Part shown: positions 58,466 to 64,000 of the stretch, piece by piece | Numbering within the stretch: position 1 is the stretch's first letter | Layout: each line of letters opens with the position of its first letter | Assembly (NCBI GenBank): GCA_963833225.1 | Contig: CAWHXD010000017.1 | Location: 256,001-320,000, forward strand | Direction: 5' to 3' | Source of the DNA: an uncultured Chloroflexia bacterium | GTDB taxonomy: Bacteria > Chloroflexota > Limnocylindria > Limnocylindrales > CSP1-4 | DNA: 64,000 nt | Position numbers and translations under genes: made by a program | The notes under the pieces: generated by a model | Database searches by the model: none | What the model saw: only the letters and a program-made list of their open reading frames with translations | What the model was told of the DNA's origin: nothing

Positions 58466-58953
58466 ATCGCCTCCAGCTGGGCGACCAGGTCGCCCACGTT
58501 GACCTTGCCTCGCGCCTCGCCATCGACCACCGCCGCCGGCGCCAGGCTGCAGGCCCCGAGGCAGCGGGCGGTCAGCAGCGAGACCTTGCCGTCGGCGGTT
58601 GTCTGCTTGGGCCGGAGGCCCAGCTGCCGCTCAAGACCGGTCAGGATGTCCTTGGCCCCGTTGATGTAGCAGGCGGTCCCGGTGCACACGACGCAAGTGT
58701 GCTCACCCTGCGGCTTGAGCGTGAAGAACGAGTAGAAGGTCGCCACCCCGTAGACCCGCGAGTGCGGAACGCCAAGGGTGTCGCCGACGTAGTGCAGCGC
58801 GGCCTCGTCGAGGTAGCCGAACGCCTCCTGCGCCGAGTGAAGCGCCTCGATCAGCGCCGCGGGGCGGTCGCCCATCCGACGCATCCGCGTCTCGACGATC
58901 TTCCAGCGCTTGTCATCGCTGGGCGGCGCTGGCTTGGCGTATAGAGCGGGCAT
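58462..58953 (-). CDS. hoxE: Diaphorase 2Fe-2S subunit
   Basis: GVATFY, VCTGTAC, RCLGAC.LAP. Confidence 0.95.
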   Translation of the reverse strand: MPALYAKPAPPSDDKRWKIVETRMRRMGDRPAALIEALHSAQEAFGYLDEAALHYVGDTLGVPHSRVYGVATFYSFFTLKPQGEHTCVVCTGTACYINGAKDILTGLERQLGLRPKQTTADGKVSLLTARCLGACSLAPAAVVDGEARGKVNVGDLVAQLEAM

Positions 58954-59181
58954 CCCCACCCTCCGTTGGGTGCTGGCGTGGCGCCGGAGTGCCGGCGCGT
59001 ATCGTCGCAGGTTCAGGCCAGAGTCCGGGCGACGCCGGATCCAGCACCCTGAGCCTACGGGCGCTCGTCGTCCGCTTTCAAGGCCGGGAGTCCCCACCAG
59101 GCGGGCCTCCGCGAGCATGCCCGCGGGCCGACCGGTCCGCAGACCAAGGCCGAATGGACCGCCGCGCCTTCGGACGCTCGC

Positions 59182-59706
59182 TCAGGACCGGACGCCGAGG
59201 GGGATCCGCCACCGGGTCCGCCAACGTCCACCCCGGTCCTCCACGAGGACCTCGATCGTCGCCGCGCGCCGTTCCAGGGGCAGGGCGGACAAGGCATCGC
59301 CCAGGATCCGGTCGAGCGCGATGTCGGCGGAATCGGCGAGCGTCAGGTGCGGGACGATCTCGTCGAACAGGCCTTCGTACGGCAGGTACCCCGGGTAGCG
59401 GGCCATGACGGCCTCGGTCAGGCGCACGAAGGGCTCGGCTGGCTCGGGCACGAGGTAGGCAACGCCGGGGAAGCGCCCGACCCGCCGGAACTGGACGTCG
59501 AACGGTGGGTGCGTCCCGGCGATCTCGGCCAGCTCAGCACGGACCTCGAGGGTGAGGCGGGCAGCGGGCAGGAACGGGAACAGGATCGTGACATGCCCGG
59601 GCACGCCACCGGCAGCCGACCAGTCCCATTGCCGTCGGATCCGGACCAGGCTCGGCGGCAACGGCACCCGGACGATGATCGCGCTCCGCGTCTCGTCGCC
59701 CATCAA
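59182..59706 (-). CDS. 2H phosphoesterase (2'-5' RNA ligase family)
   Basis: Two HxT motifs: GHVTIL, PHLTLA. Confidence 0.85.
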   Translation of the reverse strand: MMGDETRSAIIVRVPLPPSLVRIRRQWDWSAAGGVPGHVTILFPFLPAARLTLEVRAELAEIAGTHPPFDVQFRRVGRFPGVAYLVPEPAEPFVRLTEAVMARYPGYLPYEGLFDEIVPHLTLADSADIALDRILGDALSALPLERRAATIEVLVEDRGGRWRTRWRIPLGVRS

Positions 59707-59772
59707 CCGACGCTCCTGACCTTGCGCGCGGCGCCTTCGCCGGGATCCTTGCCCGGATCGATGCCCGGCGGG

Positions 59773-59848
59773 TGGCGCCCCCGGCAGGAATCGAACCTGC
59801 GACCTACCGCTTAGAAGGCGGCTGCTCTATCCGCTGAGCTACGGGGGC
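59773..59848 (-). tRNA. tRNA-Arg (TCT)
   Basis: GCCCCCGTAGCTCAGCGGATAGAGC...CT TCT AA...GGTTCGATTCC...GCCA. Confidence 0.97.
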
Positions 59849-59999
59849 CGTTCGCGGGTCCGAGTCTAGCGCGATGCCGACCACCGACTCACCGCCCCCG
59901 ATAGGCCGATCGTCCCAGTTGCCGGCGCGCACCACGGTGCTACGCTGGCCGCCCTTCGCGCCGGAGCCCAAGCTGGCGCGTTCCTGATCGAGCCCGGGA

Positions 60000-61412
60000 A
60001 TGCCCGACCGGATGTTGTCACGAACCAGGCCAGTCGCCGGGGGCCAGCTCGCCCTCGAGCTCCCGAGTGCCCTTCCGTTCCTCGCGATCGAGCCCGAGTG
60101 GAAAGGCCAGCCGCGCCTGTGGGGCCACAGCCTGCACCCGATGTGCTCGTATCTCGCGAGCTTTCCGGCCGCGCTCGCGCATGCGTTCATCGCCCGCTAC
60201 ACGCGGCCGGGGGACGTCGTGCTGGATCCATTCAGCGGTCGCGGGACGGCGCCCCTGCAGGCCACGGCCGAAGGGCGGATCGGCGTCGGCAACGACCTGA
60301 ACCCGCTCGCCCAGGTGCTCACGACCGCCAAGCTGGACCCGGCGACATCGGCCGAAAGCCGCACCCGGCTCGCGGCCCTGCGCCTCGCCTGGGGGGCCGA
60401 CGCGCCATCCTGGCTCGCGCTCGCCGATCGCGTGAAGGCTCGCCCCGGCCATCCATCGGCGTTCATCCCGGCAGCCGGCTCTGGCGACGGGCCCGATGCA
60501 CGAACGGAGTCCGTCCCCGACGAGGTTGCGCTCGCCTTCCACCCGCGAACGCTGGCCCAGGTCCTGCTGCTGCGCAGCCAGCTCGACGCCGATGCGCGAC
60601 CGGACCGGTTCCTGCTCGGAGCGATGGTCGGGATCCTCCACGGGAAGACCCCGTCCTACCTGTCCACGATCATGCCCAACACGTTCAGCATGGCCCCCCG
60701 GTACGTGCGGGGCTTCGTGGCCTCCACCGGCTACGAGCCGCCGGAGCGAGACGCCTTTGACGCGCTCGCGGCCAAGCTGGACCGGCTGTATCGCCAGCCG
60801 CTGCCGACGGCGACCGGCATCGCCCTCAATGGCGATGCCCGAACGGCCGGCAGGCGTGCCCGGGCGGCGCTTCGTGCCAACGGCCTGCCGGATCGTGCGC
60901 GCCTCGTGGTGACCTCCCCGCCCTACCTGCGCGTGCTCAAGTACGGCTACTACAACTGGCTGCGCACGTGGCTCCTGGGCTACGACCCCGCCGTGATCGA
61001 TGCCGACCTCGATGCCGCCCACCGCCGCGAGCCGTACCTGACGTTCATGCGCGAGGTCCTCGCCGACCTCCGACCGGCCATGACCGACGACGGGATCGCC
61101 GTGGTGGTCATCGGCGACGTGGAGATGGACCGGGGCAAGCCGTCAAGCGATGGGATGGGATTGGCGGAGCGCGTGTGGGAGGAGGCCGCGCTCCCCGCGG
61201 GATACCGCCTGGCGGGCGTGGTCCGTGATGAGGTGGCCGCCAACCGGAAGATGACGCGCCTGTGGGGCGAGCAGGCCGGCCGCGCCACCAAGACCGACCG
61301 GATCCTCGTGATGGGCGCCAGCGAGGCGGGTCGCCGCCGGGCGCTTGCCACGGCCGACCTGCCCATCGACTGGACCTGGCCGCCGTCGAGGCTGAGGGCG
61401 ATTCCCGGGTAG
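60000..61412 (+). CDS. Orphan amino-DNA methyltransferase (m4C-type, SPPY)
   Basis: LHPMCSY.ASFP, VLDPFSGRGT (motif I), VVTSPPY (motif IV), VIGD. Confidence 0.88.
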   Translation: MPDRMLSRTRPVAGGQLALELPSALPFLAIEPEWKGQPRLWGHSLHPMCSYLASFPAALAHAFIARYTRPGDVVLDPFSGRGTAPLQATAEGRIGVGNDLNPLAQVLTTAKLDPATSAESRTRLAALRLAWGADAPSWLALADRVKARPGHPSAFIPAAGSGDGPDARTESVPDEVALAFHPRTLAQVLLLRSQLDADARPDRFLLGAMVGILHGKTPSYLSTIMPNTFSMAPRYVRGFVASTGYEPPERDAFDALAAKLDRLYRQPLPTATGIALNGDARTAGRRARAALRANGLPDRARLVVTSPPYLRVLKYGYYNWLRTWLLGYDPAVIDADLDAAHRREPYLTFMREVLADLRPAMTDDGIAVVVIGDVEMDRGKPSSDGMGLAERVWEEAALPAGYRLAGVVRDEVAANRKMTRLWGEQAGRATKTDRILVMGASEAGRRRALATADLPIDWTWPPSRLRAIPG

Positions 61413-61460
61413 CCGCCCTCGCGCCGCGGTATCGCCGCGGGGTAGCATCTGGCCAGCGCC

Positions 61461-63671
61461 ATGACACACCGTCTGTTCACGCTCTCCCCGATCCTTCGCG
61501 TTGCCGCGGCCTGCGTGCTGCTGCTCGCGTCCGCGATGCCCGTGCGCGCGGCGGGCGAGCTGATCCGCCTCCAGACCGAGGTCACGGACCAGGCGGGTGT
61601 CCTCACGGCGGCCGAGGAGCGCGAGGTCTCGAGCGCCCTCGCGCAGCTGCGCGACGACGCCGGGGTCCAGCTGTTCGTCGCCTACATCGACACGACCGCG
61701 GGCGAGGACATCAACACCTGGACCAGCGACACCGCCGACATCAGCTCGCTCGGCGGCAACGACGCCCTGATCGTCGTGGCGATCGAGGACCACACGTACT
61801 CGATGTGGGTGGGCCCGGCGCTCGACGAGCTCACCAACGACGCCATCGACTCCATCCTCGTCGACGGACTGGAGCCCGCCCTGGTCGACGGGGACTACGC
61901 CGGAGCGATGATCGCGGCCGCCAGGGAGACGGGCAGGGCAGTCGCCGAGGCCGGCCCGGTCGCAACCGACACCCCGGCAACGCCGGCAACCCGCACGGCC
62001 GCCCCGACGGTCGCACCCGGAACGACGGGATCCACGGGCGGCGGCTTCAACATCACCCCGATCCTCGCCTTCCTGCTCGTCGTCGGCGGCCTGTTCCTCG
62101 TCGCTCGCTGGATGATCACGAAACGGACCCGGGACAAGGCTGGAGCCGTCATGCGGGACCAGCTCAACACCGAGGCCAACCGGGCCCTCCTCGCGGCCGA
62201 CGAGGCGCTCAAGGATGCGGCCAACGACGTCGATTTCGCGGCTGCCCAGTGGGGCGATGCGGAGGTCGTTCCCTACCGCGACGCGATCCGCCAGGCGAAC
62301 GAGGAGCTGCGGGCCTCGTTCGCGCTCCGCCAGAAGCTCGACGACGCGTTCCCGGAGAAGCCGCCCGAACGGGTGCAGATGCTGCGCGAGGTCATCGCCC
62401 GGTGTGCGAAGGCCCAGCAGCTCCTCGATGCCCAGGAGCAGCGCTTCGACGACCTCCAGGAGCTCCAGCGGGTCGCCCCCGACCAGCTCGCCGCCCTCCC
62501 TGCCACCATCGCGGCCCTGCGCACCAGGATGGCGGCCGCAGAGCAGACGGCAGCGCGACTCCAGGCCACCTACGCGCCCACGGCCACGGCGTCGGTGGAG
62601 GGCAACATCGCCGAGGCCGGCAAGGCTCTCGATGCGGCTTCGACGGAGGCCGAGCGCGGTGGCGCGGTCGTCGCCACCAAGCCCCCCGAGGGCGTCGTGG
62701 CGCTTCGCCGCTCGCAGGAGGCGCTCGCCCGGGCAACCCAGCTCGTCGAAGGGATCGAGCGCCTGGCTGCCGGGCTTGACGATGCTGCGGCCCGACTCCC
62801 TGCGGAGCTCGATGCCGCCGCGGCCGATGTCGCTGCCGCCCACGACGCGATCGCCAGGCTCAGCCAGGCCCCTGGTGGCCCACCACTCGATGGGGCCTCA
62901 CCTGGTGACGCGGACCCGGCAGCGGCGCTGCGAGCCGCCGAGGGCGCGCTGGACGAGGCTCGACGGGCCGCGCAGGCCATCCCCATCGACCCACTCGCCG
63001 CCATCCAGCGGGCCACGGCTGCCAACCAGGCGGCAGACGCGATCCTCGCCCAGGTCGCGACCGTGCAGGCACAGGCCGCGCGGCGGCGGCAGGTCGTCGA
63101 GGCCGCGATCGCGAGCGCCCAGGGCCACGTCACGCGGGCCACGGACTTCATCACCACCCGCCGCCACGGCGTCGGGGAGACCGCGCGAACCCGGGCTGCC
63201 GAGGCGTCGATGCGCCTCGACGAGGCGCGAACGCTGGCGGCCACGAACCCCGAGGGTGCCGCGACGAGCGCCAACCGGGCGACTGCCCTCGCCGACGAGG
63301 CCTACCGGCTGGCCGCCGGCGAGTTCGACAGCTGGAACCGCGCTGGTGGCCCGGTCGCCGGCCCCTACGCCGGCGGTGGTGGCGGTGGCGACATCGCCGG
63401 GGCCGTCCTCGGTGGCGTCATCGGGGCCGTGCTGGCCGGTGCGGCCCGCGGTGGCAGTGCGGGTCGCCGGGGCAGCGGCTGGGGTGGCAGTCCATGGGGC
63501 GGGTCGGGTGGCATGAAGACGGGCGGCTTCGGCGTGCCGCGGGGTCCGATCGGCGGACGTTCCTCCGGTCGAACACGAGGCGGCGGTTTCAGCCTGCCGT
63601 CGGGCGGCGGAGGATCCCGGGGCGGCGGTGGCGGTGGCGGTGGCGGCCGCGTCCGCGGGGGTCGCTGGTAG
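61461..63671 (+). CDS. TPM-domain membrane protein with coiled-coil and Gly-rich tail
   Basis: Signal peptide, VTDQAGVL, QLFVAYID, TM, long helical region, GG-rich end RGGRW. Confidence 0.85.
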   Translation: MTHRLFTLSPILRVAAACVLLLASAMPVRAAGELIRLQTEVTDQAGVLTAAEEREVSSALAQLRDDAGVQLFVAYIDTTAGEDINTWTSDTADISSLGGNDALIVVAIEDHTYSMWVGPALDELTNDAIDSILVDGLEPALVDGDYAGAMIAAARETGRAVAEAGPVATDTPATPATRTAAPTVAPGTTGSTGGGFNITPILAFLLVVGGLFLVARWMITKRTRDKAGAVMRDQLNTEANRALLAADEALKDAANDVDFAAAQWGDAEVVPYRDAIRQANEELRASFALRQKLDDAFPEKPPERVQMLREVIARCAKAQQLLDAQEQRFDDLQELQRVAPDQLAALPATIAALRTRMAAAEQTAARLQATYAPTATASVEGNIAEAGKALDAASTEAERGGAVVATKPPEGVVALRRSQEALARATQLVEGIERLAAGLDDAAARLPAELDAAAADVAAAHDAIARLSQAPGGPPLDGASPGDADPAAALRAAEGALDEARRAAQAIPIDPLAAIQRATAANQAADAILAQVATVQAQAARRRQVVEAAIASAQGHVTRATDFITTRRHGVGETARTRAAEASMRLDEARTLAATNPEGAATSANRATALADEAYRLAAGEFDSWNRAGGPVAGPYAGGGGGGDIAGAVLGGVIGAVLAGAARGGSAGRRGSGWGGSPWGGSGGMKTGGFGVPRGPIGGRSSGRTRGGGFSLPSGGGGSRGGGGGGGGGRVRGGRW

Positions 63672-63747
63672 CGGCGAGCAAATCGGGGCTCGACGGATCG
63701 ACCGGGCGAGCCGAGAATCACCGGACTTGCACCAGTGGGAGGCACCA

Positions 63748-64000
63748 ATGGCACAGACCTCGATCCTCGGCCGTATCGGGCAGCTCGTCAGAGCGAACGT
63801 CAACACCCTCCTCGACTCCGCCGAGGACCCGGAGAAGATGCTCGACCAGCTGATCCGGGACTTCACCAATAACATCGCGGAGGCCGAGGAGGCGGTCGCC
63901 CAGACGGTGGGCAACCTGCGCCTGCTCGAGGATGATGCCCGCGAGGCACGCGGCGCCTCGGGCGAGTGGCTCACCAAGGCCCGGGCTGCGTCTGACCGTG
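63748..64000 (+). CDS. pspA: PspA/IM30 family protein (3' truncated; not in ORF track)
   Basis: SD GGAGG; MAQTSILGRIGQLVRANVNTLLDSAEDPEKMLDQLIRD. Confidence 0.92.
   Translation, partial: MAQTSILGRIGQLVRANVNTLLDSAEDPEKMLDQLIRDFTNNIAEAEEAVAQTVGNLRLLEDDAREARGASGEWLTKARAASDR

Overview
High-GC bacterial chromosomal window. Gene content and style suggest Chloroflexota, possibly Limnocylindria/Ellin6529 (inference, no search run). It carries about 70 CDS, tRNA-Lys(CTT), tRNA-Arg(TCT) and one internally deleted IS481-like element with perfect 28-bp TIRs and a 5-bp TSD. Main modules: arsR-arsP-thioredoxin-like; an RHS/VapC scar; carAB with tandem PyrR-like loops; an MprAB/HtrA-like envelope-stress locus; a membrane-bound group 1 [NiFe]-hydrogenase-like operon ending in a 7-heme cytochrome c; KdpDE-like genes plus KimA; a dispersed B12-dependent isobutyryl-CoA-mutase-like pathway; an ECF sigma coupled to an Ogt-AdaZn fusion; hoxEFUYH-hoxW-hypA; an orphan m4C-type DNA methyltransferase; and TPM-domain plus pspA. 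The most striking signal is the group 1 hydrogenase-like operon. Its large subunit keeps all four metal cysteines but has lost the conserved proton-transfer Glu and canopy Asp and has a rewritten CO-pocket segment, while the Fe-S/cytochrome b wire is intact and extended by the heptaheme cytochrome. This may be a repurposed hydrogenase scaffold. Frameshifts in htrA, the PRTase and hoxF are probably consensus errors.
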